A DNA stretch of 64,000 nt, from the NCBI RefSeq assembly GCF_009914755.1, contig NC_060930.1; one strand, written 5' to 3'. The notes under the pieces were generated by a model that saw nothing but the letters and a program-made list of their open reading frames with translations, did no database searches and was not told where the DNA came from. Shown here one piece after another: positions 16,478-30,144 of this stretch (its first letter is position 1; each line of letters begins with the position of its first letter). This stretch comes from the human T2T-CHM13v2.0 reference genome, Homo sapiens. Position numbers and translations under genes: made by a program.

Positions 16478-18095
16478 GGGACATAAATCTGAGCTACCAG
16501 AGCTATGAAACAGAGGACTGGAGGGACTGAGCTTGCAGAGATGGTCACCCTGGCGACTGGTGCTTGTGCCAAATGCTTGTCATTGTGTGTCTGGGTACCA
16601 AAGAACCAGGGAAATAAAAACTTGCGTTCAGCAGTGTGGTCTCTGCAAAACCCTCTATGAAGACTGTTGAATCCTTTCTTCCATTTGATATGACCCTCAG
16701 GTGGTCATAAACCCTTGCTCCTTGGTTGGAGAACAGATGTTTTTAGATGGGGTAACCTGAATGTCCTCCCGCTGTGGTTGTCTTCGGTGTGGTACAGAGC
16801 AGACTTCCTATGGTAAGCTTTCCTAGGAATGAGGCTTAGAATATGGTTAGAAATGAAAGCGAAGGGAGGAGGAAGGAGAGGAACTCCCCAACCTAGGAAT
16901 TCAGATGCTGCTCCTCTGCAAGATGCCTCATGTCTCGAAGTGGGAAAATAGCAAAACATTGAAAGGATTTGCTGAACACTGGAGCACTCTCAAAACAAAA
17001 CCAGCTCAGGCAAATGGAGACGAAGAAGTATATGGAAAAATGCCTCATAATTTCCCCAATAAAATGTCTCTCTGGTTTTCTGTGAGAGCACTGTTCTAGC
17101 AGAGGGCTTGTGCTGCTGAGAGAGAAGTCCATTTAGGGTAAATGCTGAGGTAACAAACACTGCATTTCCGGTAAAAGTCAACTAGAAAAGCTATTTTTAG
17201 GTAATTAAAATTTATACTTAATCTGAATTATTTTCTTTGTTTTCAACATTGACTGAATTAGTTTCTGTCTAGAGAACAAGCAAAGTTTTATCATAGTTTC
17301 TGTTTTTGTTATTTGGCCTACCGTATTAATCATTTCAGTATTTTAAGGAATATATACCATTTTCCGTGGCTTATTTAAGGAATTACAGATTTAGAATGTA
17401 GGCAAGCGAGAAAACTATGCCCCAGAAGAGTCACCGTGTCCCTTGGGATGAACACTGCCCTTTATATCTTTGTGTTTCTTTGAGATTTTAACATTGATTG
17501 CCCACATGATTATAATCTTTTTTGGGGGCACTGAAATTGTGAGAACTGGCTGCTTCCACACTCATGCGGCAAGATTATTTCTTAGTTTGCATTTGTCAAA
17601 ATGTGCATCACAGGCAGTTATTTGTACATGTTTCGATTGGGAGTTTTGTAGCTGTGGTTCTTGTCAGTGGGGTGGCATTCCTTGTTAGGTTGGTCCAGTA
17701 TTATATTGATTAGTTCTTCCTTCCACCCTCCAAGGACACTGGTTTTCTTTAGCAGAATATATCTTCAGTCAGTGTTGAACTTCCAATGTTAAATCTACTG
17801 TAGGTCCTCTCCTTTATATTGCTGAAGGGAAGATTTCAACTTACCCAGCATTCTTGTATATAACAAATTACCTTTTGTGTTCCCAAATGCCTTGTACCAC
17901 CAGGATTGTTTATTTTGGTCTGGAAGTCCTGGGGACCTCTTGATCTTCCTGCTTCTCCTAGAAGCTGTGCTGTATATTTCTAGAATGCCCAATGTATTGA
18001 ATGATTTACATTTTCCATGGAGTATATAATTTAAGAGGTTGTTGTGATCTCCTTTTTCCTGATATGCTATTACAGTCGGAAAAAAGAACTCCTAG

Positions 18096-18453
<358 letters not shown>

Positions 18454-19104
18454 TCATCACTAAACAGTGCCTTAGTTTACTGAGTTAAAAATAATTAAGA
18501 TTCAATAAGAAGTCATTTGGCCAAGTCTGACTGGCAAGCAGACACTGGAAATAACATGCCATTTTTAAATTAAAATGCCCTACTGTTTGTAATATTTTCA
18601 TTTTAAAATGTGGAAAAGGGTGACATTTGGCTGTCAGAGATAACATGTTTGACACATTTTGCATTTCTGCCTTTGTGATTTTAGTTTTGGTTATGAACCT
18701 GATTTAAAGTATCTTAGAGCATGAGTATAGGATTTATAAAGTAAAAGTTATTTCTTTCACTGTATATATTTAAGACTTGCTGCTTGGTATACTAACTCAT
18801 AAAATAATTTCTATAATCTAAGTTACCAAATTTACCTCAGTTTTTTTTTCTATTCTTTGAAATATACCGTATTAAATACAATGAGGTTGCATTAAACTTT
18901 TACTGTATGTAGTACTGTGGAATAAATCCCCACACCCATATCCCTTTCTACACGCTCTCCCCTACAAAAACCAATCACAAAATACTTCGAATGGTATGGG
19001 TTCTGCAAACGTGAAGATTGCATAACATGAGGATGTGCTATGGGGCTGCTTGACTATCCCTGAAAACTGTGTCTTATCCTGACTCAGAGGAGTGTCTCCC
19101 TGCA

Positions 19105-19213
19105 AAGGTGACCAATCGTCCTGGTTTGCCTGGGACTGTCCCAGTTTTATCACTCAAAGTGCCATGTCCTAGGAAACTCTTCAGTTCCAGTTAACCAGAA
19201 CAACGTGTCCCTG
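19105..19213. mobile_element. MER81-like hAT fossil
   Basis: GGTGACCAATCGTCCTGGTTTGCCTGGGACTGTCCCAGTTTT. Confidence 0.75.
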
Positions 19214-20130
19214 CATCCATGTTCCAGTTCATGCGCCTCCTTAAGGCCCTGATCATCCAGCCAGTGATATGCATCTTAGTCACTCTGAAACATTCCATTT
19301 CCCTGTCCTTGGGATTCTTCTGCGTTTTGAATTGAGAGAAACCCATTGATACAGGAGTTGTTTGCCCCATAATTATATTAAATGAAGCTCGTTAGAGCAG
19401 TTTAAATGTGATTGCACATTAAAATCACCTGAAGCTTGCTTGTTCAATGCTTTCTTGGATTCCTTAACATACTCCAGTATCTTTCCAGTAAGTCATTTAA
19501 AGAAAAACATCTACCTTGAATTGTCTATTTTTTTGTTACAATCAGAGGAATCATAAATATTACACAAACACAGTCAATTTTGAACAAGCGAACTTCAGAA
19601 ATGGCAGAAACCAATCCACTTCCAGAGGCCTCAATACCAGGAGTTTGTTTATCTTCCTTCTAGAGCAGTGGATTGGGCCTTGGCTATATCTTAGAATCAC
19701 AGATAAGATGTTTTTAAAGTATGGTACCCAGACCCCATCTCAAACCAATCAAGCCAGAGTCTCTGAGGCCAAGGGATACTGAGCAGAAAGTTTGCAGAAT
19801 CTCAGGTTATTTTAATGATATGTCACAAAATGAAAAATGCTAATAATCATATCAAAATGTTTTCAGCATTACTAGTAGTCAAAGCCAACTAAGCCAGCAA
19901 TGAGGTACTGTTTTTATGTTTTGTTTTTCAGATAAGGAAAAGATTTTGAAAATATCTGGGTTTGGGAATAATTTTGTACAAAACAGAACTGTTGGTTTAG
20001 ATCAATAAGGGGAAATGGAACAATATTTCTAGAGGACAATTGAAAACATGGATAAAATATGTGTTAATATAAATTGACACATTTTCACCTTGTGTGTGTA
20101 TACACGCACATACAATTGATAAAAATTTTG

Positions 20131-20543
20131 CAGTTGACTCTTGAACAACGTGGGGATTAGGGGCACTGATCCCCTGTGCAGTCAAAAATCTATGTGTCAC
20201 TTCTGACACCCCAAAAACTATACTACTAACAGCCTACTGTTGACTGGATGCCCTACCAATAACATCAATAGTTGATGAACACATATTTGGTATGTTATAT
20301 ATATCATATACTGTATTCTTACAATAAAGTAGGCTAGAGACAACCAAAAAGAGATAGTTATTCATTAAGTAGAAGTGGATCATCATAAAAGTCTTCATCC
20401 TTATCATCTTCATGTCAAGTAGGCTAAGGAGGAGGAGAAAAAGGTGGGCTTGGTCTTGCTGTCTCAGGAGTGGCAGAGGCAGAAGAAAAATCCACATGTA
20501 AGTGGACTGTGTAGTTCAAACCAGCATTGCTCAATGGTCCCTG
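20131..20543. mobile_element. Tigger2a/MER28-like TcMar fossil
   Basis: CAGTTGACTCTTGAACAAC left TIR, degenerate right TIR ending CTG-TA, GTGGATCATCATAAAAGTCTTCATCC core. Confidence 0.88.
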
Positions 20544-21420
20544 TACTAGCTAATTGATTGGTGCTGCTACATATAGATGATTTTTATTTACCCTGTAATT
20601 CCAGCATTTCTTTAATAAATTGATTATTTTAAAAACCTGTAAAACTATATCTAAAAAAGTCAACCAACACATTTAAAAAGTTATTCTCTTTATTTGATAC
20701 TCTTCTGGAGCGTTCAACCTTTACAGTTATATTACTCATTTCCCAGCAGTGTAATGTTGTTGAGAAATGGGTCATGTTTATGTAGCTGCCATCCTATGAT
20801 GGAGGCTTGATAGTCTTTGCTAGACTCTAAATCCATTATTAGCAGTTGAAATATATTCATGAATTGGGAAGGAGGAAGTGTGTGAGGGAAGAACCCAACA
20901 AAATCATAAATTGTGTACTTTAAAATCCTTTGGATAAGTACAGATGAGTGCTTTGTTATAAACATTGTAGATGATCATACATTATTTATTTTGTCATTTG
21001 CTTGTTAGAATTAGTGTTATTAATATCATACCAGATAATTAGGATATAGACTCTAAACATGTTAACCCACAGAAAATCGCTTTTGGGGTTAAAAGTGAAT
21101 AGTTACATTTTGGAATAGAAGGCATTATTTAAAATTTGGAAATATATTGATCACTCTTTCACTGCGTGTGTTGCCTGTATTTTAGATTAAATATGTTTAT
21201 GTACATATGATTAACAGAACACAAAAAACCAGGTTTTGTGATAAACGGTTTAATAGGAAGTTGTTATAAATGTATCAATTTTGATATATAATTAAATGCT
21301 AGATTTCGGGCTAGGTGCTTTTCATACCATATAACTTAATTCTCTAATCAATCATTCAAGGAATGTAGTATGTAGCATCATTCCCATTACAGATGATGAA
21401 AATAAGAAATGTATGGTTTA

Positions 21421-21653
21421 GGTTGGGTGTGGTGGCTCACACCTGTAATCCCAGCACTTTGGGAGGCTGAGGTGGGTGGATCTTAGGTGTAAGATCAGGA
21501 GTTCGAGACCAGCCTGCCCAACATGGTAAAACCTGGTCTCTACTAAAAGTACAAAAATTAGCTGGGTGTGGTGGCAGCGCCTGTAATCCCAGCTACTCCA
21601 GGAGGCTGAGGCAGGAGAATCACTTGAACCTGGGAGGCAGAGGTTGCAGTGAG
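21421..21653 (+). mobile_element. AluS lacking its 3' end and tail, embedded in a minus-strand MIR (about 21305-21730)
   Basis: Stops at GGTTGCAGTGAG; MIR-like sequence on both sides. Confidence 0.9.
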
Positions 21654-22218
21654 TAGAGGTAATTTTCCCAGTTACTATATGCAAAAGATAGGCTCAAATC
21701 CAGACCAAAATTTTTCCCAATTTAATATTTTTCCATTATTTTACAATGTTCCTCCAAGCAGTTACAGTGTACCTAAATTCAATTTTGCTTATAAGTGAAG
21801 TAACTTGTATCATCACCTTTATGTTATATTTTAAAAATATATTATTGGAATGTGAAATCTTCTAAGTCCTACAATTGTTTCATATACTTACTTAGTTCAA
21901 AAGATTCTTTCATGTAGAAAACACATTTTAGGTGACTATACATTTTCTGTATTTGTGTTAATATATTCTAGTGTAAGTAGATTTTGTGGTTATTCGTTTT
22001 GAGTTGTTTCATCATAATTTTACGATGTATACTATAGCAAGTTTATTCCAATTATGAGTAACAAAATTGGTGGGACCTCTGAAGATCTCCGTTAAGTGTG
22101 GAACATGCTGGTTCAGACTATTTAAAAACATTAAATATAATACTAAAATAAAATACAAGTGAAAATAAACTATGAAACAATAAATTACCCGCATATTATG
22201 TTTGTTTTAAATTAATGA

Positions 22219-22524
<306 letters not shown>

Positions 22525-22529
22525 TAGAA

Positions 22530-22822
22530 CCTGAATTTCCAAAAAATTCTCTGGAAAATTTTGATCCAGTCTGTATTATGTTTATTTAAAATCCCTAAGC
22601 TGTTAAATGAGTAAATAAGTTTGGAAAGTGCTGGATTAAGTGAAATTAGATCAAGTATTTGGTGTAGGACTTCACAAAATTTTTAAATGGCTGACATAGT
22701 TTGTAAATCTCCAAAAGGAACTATAGTATGCATCATTTCTCAAATGTATTTGACCACAAAATCCTTTTTAAAGGAAACATACCATGGAGACCGCGTCCTG
22801 TGAAGCACTCTTTGAGAAACAG
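22530..22822. mobile_element. Charlie4-like hAT fossil
   Basis: AAATAAGTTTGGAAAGTGCTGG and its inverted partner CATTTCTCAAATGTATTTGACCAC. Confidence 0.5.
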
Positions 22823-23199
22823 TTTATGATATTGGACGTATATGATTAGAGTGAAAATAATGAAAACGACTTTATTTTTGGCATTAAGAATGCACCCTCA
22901 GATGACACTACTATCCCCAAATGGGGAAATACTTCTTAGCAATAACATTATACATAACAAACATAGTATGTTTGTCCCTATTGGTTTACTATCTCAATAT
23001 AAATTTGAATATAAAGGCAATTAGAATGATAAATGTATTAGCATGTGTAAAATGGCCATAGATAAGCAAAACAAAATACATCTAATATGATCCTTCAGTC
23101 TATATTGGGTTAACATATATCTCACTAAAGGTGAGTGTCTAATAACATCTTTAACAGCAACAGGTATGTTCTTATCAAAACTCAGCATCAAAAGTGACA

Positions 23200-23505
23200 A
23201 GTACAAAAGATTTTCAGAGCAGTGAAAATGCTCTGTATGATACCATAATGGTGGGTATGTGTCATACATTTGCCAAAATTTATGGAATCTATAACACCAA
23301 GAGTGAACCCTAATGTAAACTATGGACCCCAGGCGATAATGATGTGTCAACGGAGGTTCAACAATTGTAACAAATGTACCTCTCTGGTGGGGATGTTGAT
23401 AGCAGAAGAGCTGTTTACATTGTGGGGGTAGCTGGTATATGGGAAATCTCTGTACCTTTCTCTAAGAATTCTAAAAAATAAAGTCAACTTCTTTTTAAAA
23501 AAAGT
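23200..23505 (+). mobile_element. L1MC-type 3' end
   Basis: CACCAAGAGTGAACCCTAATGTAAACTATGGAC, GGGATGTTGATA, TATATGGGAAATCTCTGTACCTT, AATAAA then A-rich end. Confidence 0.85.
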
Positions 23506-25140
23506 GAAACATATACACTTCAAAAACATGTATATCTTATTCCTTTATCTTGTAATGGAGGCATAAGGTGAATGAAGATGAAAGAACAGTGTAGGTGGGG
23601 ATTTTAATGGTTTTATAGAAACTTTATGCTCCAGCACATTTCACATAAAAATAAATCAATAAAAAGTTTTGCACATGGGTGGACAATCACAACACTATTA
23701 ATACTAGGTGTTTAGGTATCTAAATGGCCCAAAGTTCAGGTGTATTTCATTTTTCATATAGCTATCACCTACCGGTAGGAAAATCAGTTTTTGTTTCAGA
23801 GAGGAGCAAACGTGGAAATAAACACACCTTAGAATATTATTGACACTCAAACTTGACATTACTTGAAATTAGATTTATTTTAATGAATTCACAGCTTTTA
23901 TTTAAAAATACAAGTTTTTTTTTGTAGCTCTTGAGTTATAGAAATGGTAACTTGGAGACTATGATAATGAATTTATAATGAAAGATCATTTAAGGAAGAC
24001 TGTGGACAAAGTACATGTAATCTGGAAAAGGATTTTACATTCTACCTGATTTAGTCATTTCACATTCTGTGTCTTGCATATAAATGTTCGCATCTTGGGG
24101 ATGTGTGGCCATCTGTTTTTAGTTAATTTCAAGATATAAGGCATTTGGTTTCCTGAGGATTTATTATTTTCTAGTACTAAACTCAGGAAAATTACTAAAT
24201 GATGAGGCATAATAAGAAGAAAACAACAAGAAAAAAAAAACCCAGATTATCCCAAACCTTCCTAACTCAGCTGCACAAGTCTGTCAGCTTAAGCCTTCTT
24301 AACACCTATGATATTGATGGAGAGAGGTCAATGGAGAGGCCAATGTAGTGGAGTGCAGTGGACAAAGAGGAAAGTGGTATCAAATCGATTATCCTCCCTG
24401 CCCCTTATCCCAAGGACAGCGCCCCTGTGACATGAGGATCCTTTTTTGGGGTGACTTTGGCTAGTGATGCGTGTGATGATAAGAACCTGTCTATGATTTT
24501 GGCTTACTGCCACTGGTGCCTCACCTCAGAAGCTTGCCTGAGACCTGACTTCACTTTTACTGAAGTATCATGCAAAAAGCAATAGGTACATTTCAGTAAC
24601 CCTCTTGTCAGTAACCCTCTTCTGAGACTCTTATTACTTTTATGTACATTTGCCTTCAATAGCAGGCTTTTCACTGGCTTATTTCTTCCTAGAATATTGT
24701 TACTTCTTTACTTGAATTATGACATCAGTATCTGATGCTTAAATCATGTCAGCTCAAGCATTTCTATATGATTCTTGGTAAAGCAAAGTTCAGCATAATT
24801 TTAAGGAAGAATTTTTTTAATCTGTTAACAGCTTGCTAAAGAAAGATTAAGTTTTTAAAAAAGCAGTACTGTCAACGATTAGCCATCTTAAGTTTTTATC
24901 TCATTATCATCGAAGACAAGAACACCATAGTAAAAGTTTTAGGGACATGCTCTATGCAATAAGGAAAACTAATTAGTAATAAGTTTAGGAATATTAATTG
25001 ATAATCACAGATTTGTAGGAAATTGTTAAATTTCCTAGTATTAACTGGCTGCTTAATTTGGTGTCTTGAAACGATGACACCTTCAAATGCTAATACTTCG
25101 TTGGGCTGTGGAGAGGATCAGATGTGCTTACTCTCTGACT

Positions 25141-25360
25141 TAGTGGTTCTCAGGGGAAGTCCTATTGGCATTTGGGTGCAAATAGGACTTGCACCCAAGT
25201 AAAATGTTTTTGGTGAAATGTCTAGTTATTGTAGGATGTTTAATCCACTACTTGCAATTATCTCTCTCCAGGCATTCTGACAGTCAGAAACCCACTCCTT
25301 TTCACACATTTCCTGATGACCCTTAGGAGACACCTTGCCACTACAGATGAGAAACTTTGC
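25141..25360. mobile_element. MER20-like hAT fossil carrying a 17-nt fold-back insertion
   Basis: AGTGGTTCTCA...CTATTGGCATTTGGG...TTGTAGGATGTTTA...TGAGAAAC. Confidence 0.65.
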
Positions 25361-27063
25361 TCTCGGAGGGTTACATTGACCTAATTCATAAGATAATCTA
25401 CTGTGAAAAAGTGTTGTACAAACTGGCAAATATTTGGTGAATCAGAACCCATCATTGTCAGTCCTTTTGAATGAGAATTAACTATAATTTGTTTCAGAGT
25501 GCCAGTAATTTTTATATCTTGTTGTCCTAATGAAGACCAAAGCAATTTCCTTCTCCACAGGTTCCCTTTATCACCCCACTGAAAGTCATGTCAACCTAAG
25601 GAAGGTTGCTGGGAGTTTTTTAGATGTTTTCAATGTAAAAATTTCCAGAACATCTGCTAGAGAAATTTCACTTCTTCAATATATATGAGAAGGAAATTGA
25701 CTTATTCTTTCATGAATGTATTTTAGTATGAAAATCACGAATATTATACATGAGTTTAATTTATTTACTTAAGACCAAAATTTTAATAGGCAGATTAAAT
25801 CTAAGTAAAAGGTTAAGATCGCATATTATCTTTAAAAAAACAAAAAGGAAAAAGTTAAGTGCAGTAGAAAACATGAGTGGTAAGCCTACTACTGATTAGA
25901 AATAAGTACCCGGGGTGACCTGGACTTTATCACCACCTCACCAGGCCTCAGTTTTTTCATGTATCAAATGAGGACTTTCCACGTTATTAAGTAGGTCTAA
26001 AATATAATCTTTCTGTAACATCCAGTTTATCTCTACAAAAACAAGTAAATAGCAGAAGCAGCATCTAAATTGGAAATAAGTATCTCCAAAATCATGTTTC
26101 AGTAGTCAAAGGAGATATGATTCAGGAGAAATGGACAACTGAATCTTGTTTTTAATCATACAACAACTAAATTAAGGAAAGGCTAGTTTACAGAATGTTA
26201 ACTTCTTGTGAAATTCTGGGCAAGGTAGCAATGTCATCATTTTTATTTTGGAGTCAGATATCTTGGGAAAGTTACATATGATCATGTGGATTACTGGAGC
26301 TCTACTCAGTTCTTTTTTATGGGTTGAATTATGATACACTGTACTGAAAGTCACATGGAGTCCAGATGTGATTTAATACCACAGGCTGCCAAAATCATGC
26401 TAGGAGTCCATTTAGTTTCTTGTCAGTTGTGTCTGAAGGGCAACTTAATTCAAAATGGGAGACAAGTGAGATATTATGTGAACTGTTATCTTTTTTGTTC
26501 CCCCAGAAGAATGAATTAGTAGTTCTTATCCCAGGAAAGGCTGAGAGTATTCAGCACCTGCCAACAGTGCATTTATGCTCATTCTCTCCATTTCAGTTCT
26601 TCTGATGTGGCTAATGAATTCCAGGGATGAAGGACTTTTTCAGTGTTTGACCTAATGTATGTAAAGTTCCAAAAAAGCAATGCTGACATTAATCTGTTTA
26701 CTTCATTCATTCTCTATGCCTATAGAGATCCAACTTTACACCAGCCTCTGTGTTAGGAGATTTAAAAAAATAGTGAGCTGGACTGCCCACAAGGGTTGTA
26801 TGGTATACAGAGAGAAACACACATTCAAACAAATAATTGCAATTAAGTTTAATTGTATGATAAAGGACTGTTCAGTAGGAGAATGGAAAATAGAATATCC
26901 ATTAGAAATATCTAATATCTACTATATTTCCTGCAAGAAAATTTCATTTTGTAAGAAAATATTTTATAGAGAAGATATTAATAGTTAAGCCTCCCTGGAA
27001 AATTGGAGGATATGCTGAAGTTCAATTCCACGGACAAGGAGCAGGAGAGTAGAGAGAGCATTT

Positions 27064-27781
27064 TGTTACTGAAACACCAGGGGTTTAGTCATCAAGCTTG
27101 TCCAATCTGTGGCCCACAGGCCTCAGGTGGCCCAGGACGGCTTTGAATGCAGCCCAACACAAATTCATAAATTTTCTTAAAACATTATGAGATTTATTTG
27201 CAATTTTTTTTTCTCATCAGTTATCGTTAGTGTATTTTATGTGTGGCCCAAGACAATTCTTCTTCCGATGTGGCCCAGGGTAGCCAAAAGATTGGACACC
27301 TTGGTCTACATCCTTGTTGCTCACTACACAGAAGGCCAATCACTGAGACAACACATATTGCCAAGGAAAAAAAAGCTTTATTTGAGTGATGTTGGCAGAG
27401 GAGATGGGAACTAAGTCTCAAATTTGTCTCCCCAGCCAACTAAAATTGGGGATTTATATAGCAGGGAAGGAATGAGCCTAAGTGCAGGGAAAACAGGAAT
27501 TAGGGAGAAGTAAGGAAGAGAAGTTGGTCAGCAGGAAGCAGTTGGTCGTTTAGGAAAGCAGGAATTAGGGAGGGATCTGGCGTCCCATTGTCTGGATGTG
27601 GTGATCTGGTGAGTTTCAGTTCTTTGATACTGTCTGGGAGGCCTGATGGTTAGTTTCCTGAGAAAAGAACTCAGGCAGGACAAATGTAAATTTCAAGCCT
27701 TAACAACAGGAAGGATTAACTTTTATGCTTATTCAAAAAGACTGTAAACCTCAGTTCTATGGGGAAATTAAACCTGTTTCA
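27064..27781 (-). mobile_element. ERV1 (MER4 group, MER66-like) solo LTR interrupted by MER30
   Basis: TG...CA termini with 4-bp TSD ATTT at 27060-27063 and 27782-27785; GTGATCTGGTGAGTTTCAGTTCTTTGATAC core. Confidence 0.82.
27093..27303. mobile_element. MER30 hAT element nested in the LTR
   Basis: CAAGCTTGTCCAA...GGCCCAGGACGGCTTTGAATGC...TTGGACACCTTG. Confidence 0.93.
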
Positions 27782-29789
27782 ATTTTAGGTATAGGAGCCA
27801 CAGGGTGAAGGCATGGAGGGTGGAGCGCCTGGTAGTGAGTCACTAGAAATGTTTAGGGGGGATTGTAGCTTTGTTGCAACTGGGGAAGTTGAGGTGGAGC
27901 ATGCCCCAAAAGTCACTCTATGAATATTTTGCATTTCTTGCTTAGAAGGTGAGATTCAATCATATTTGCTTCCCAATACTGAGTTTAGCTAGCCTTGGGG
28001 TTAAATGCAAACTCATCATTGGATTCCTGAGGTTGCTGGATACCAGAACATTATCTTCTTTAAACAGCAATTAAGCTCAATCTTAAGCAATTTGTAAAAT
28101 GTATTATTTGACATAAATATAGAGTAAGAGCCAGAAAATAAATTTACCATGAAGTTTAGAGATTAAACAGGAGACTGCAATAACATTTCTCTAATAAAAG
28201 GGAAAGTCAAAACTTCATGTCCAGAGCCCCAAGCCTTTGCTTTGGCTCTCCTTGGCCAGCAGGGCTCCGTCAGCACAGGAGTTTGTGAAGCTCTTATGGA
28301 CAGTGATGTGTTACTGTAGTCTGGCTTTCAAAAACAAATATGAAAATGAATGGAGCTATTAGTCACAATGAACTGGAGTTTAGCTTTTCTCTTGCAACAA
28401 TAAGAAGTATTTCCAGCAAAATACTTACACTTTCTTATTGATATTGAAAGCCTCATCCGTTGTCGTACTTTCTGTGTATTATAATACTTATCAGGCTTAG
28501 AGAGTGGAATAAAAGGATCCTTTGTCACGTGAGAAAGTCCAGTAGAGTTTCACATTAGTCTTCAGGACTTGAGAATTAAGTCAGTCCTGAAGGCAGCCAC
28601 ATGCTTCCGTACAGATTTTCCAGTCAGTATAAGTTGATGACTAATATCTAGGCAGTTTTGTCACACTGAAAAATGACATATTTTATCATATTACAACACT
28701 ATTATAAAGTGGCCAGTGGTTAAATAAAACGCCATCTTAATGTGAAACCAAGAGAGAGATGTGACAATAATGATTATTTTCCCTTGAGTTTCTCTTATTC
28801 ATGGCTCACGTGGACTTTATTTAATTTTTAAGGGAGTGATTGATGATAATTTTTTATTTAAAAACGATTACTTCACAGGAATTCAGTAACAAATGTCACA
28901 TTCAGAAAAAATTGAGTTCAATATTACTTAGCTTAATTGAAAATACAACTCAAAGTGGAACATAAACTCATTTAACTCAGTATTGTTTCAACAAACCAAC
29001 GAGGGAAAAACATTTCAGTTTTAAAAAATCAAGTGTTTATAGTTCCAGTCAATTTAAGAAAAGCCAAAAAGCCTTTGTTTTTTTCTAAAGAGAAAAAGTG
29101 TGGTTGGCTGGCACAATAAGGATGTTAACAAAATTCTGCTTTCTGTTCCTACTTCAGACATTTGAAATCTCTTTGACTCTGGCAAAGTTGCTTCATTTCT
29201 CAATCTTATTTCTCCAGTTGTGCAAAGGATATAAAAACTTATATTTTTAGTCTACAATCAAATGAGACGTGTATAGACTATGCCGCTTTATGCAAATGTA
29301 AGGTAGCATTATTCTGTAGGTTAGTGACTATAAACAGTCTCTTGCAGATTATGGTAATTTTCTGTTCTTTTCATGGAATTTATGTGACCAGTTTTGTGCA
29401 GGCAAGCTTTCCATGATTTAGATAGATTCTTTCATGTGTTGAAATTAAATTTTCATATTTTTGAGATTTTCTTATTGCCTTTTCATGATGTTGTGGTTGC
29501 CGTGTTTTCACAATTCAGAAATTTACTATCATAAGATAAAAATAAAAGTAATACAAGTGTATTGCCACATTTCTTCCAAATTAAAAAATATGGAAGAGAA
29601 AGAAAGAGCAGTCATGTTATTACCATCCAAATACGATGGCTATTAGTAGCTTGTATTTCCTGCCAGTCTTTCTTTCTATGTATTGTAATGTATAACAATG
29701 TATATTCATATAATTATTAATGTAATTTTATATCAGAAGGATATTTTTAGGTAGCACTACCTTCTCACTTCCCTCCCCATCATCTAAAT

Positions 29790-29989
29790 CAGAGGTCAGC
29801 AAATTCTTTCTACAAAGGACCATGGCTTGCAGGCCATAACATTTCTATCACATCTACTCAACTCTGCTAATGTAGCAGCCATAGACCATATGTAGATGAA
29901 GAAGTGTTGCCATGTTCCTATAAAAGTTTATTTACAAACACAGGCTGCATATCGGATTTGACTCATGGGTCCACAGTTTGCTAACCCCC
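29790..29989. mobile_element. MER58A hAT fossil
   Basis: CAGAGGTCAGCAAA...TTTGCTAACCCC with 8-bp TSD ATCTAAAT at 29782-29789 and 29990-29997. Confidence 0.9.
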
Positions 29990-30144
29990 ATCTAAATTAT
30001 TATGTTATTAAATTATTTAACCATTAAATAATTGTATTTCTCTACAGTGGTTTTATATTTCTTTCTGTCTCAATTAGGATTTGTCTTAAATCCTATTTAA
30101 TTTTATTTCCCCTATAGTAACTCTCCAAGAACATGGCTGGAGTA

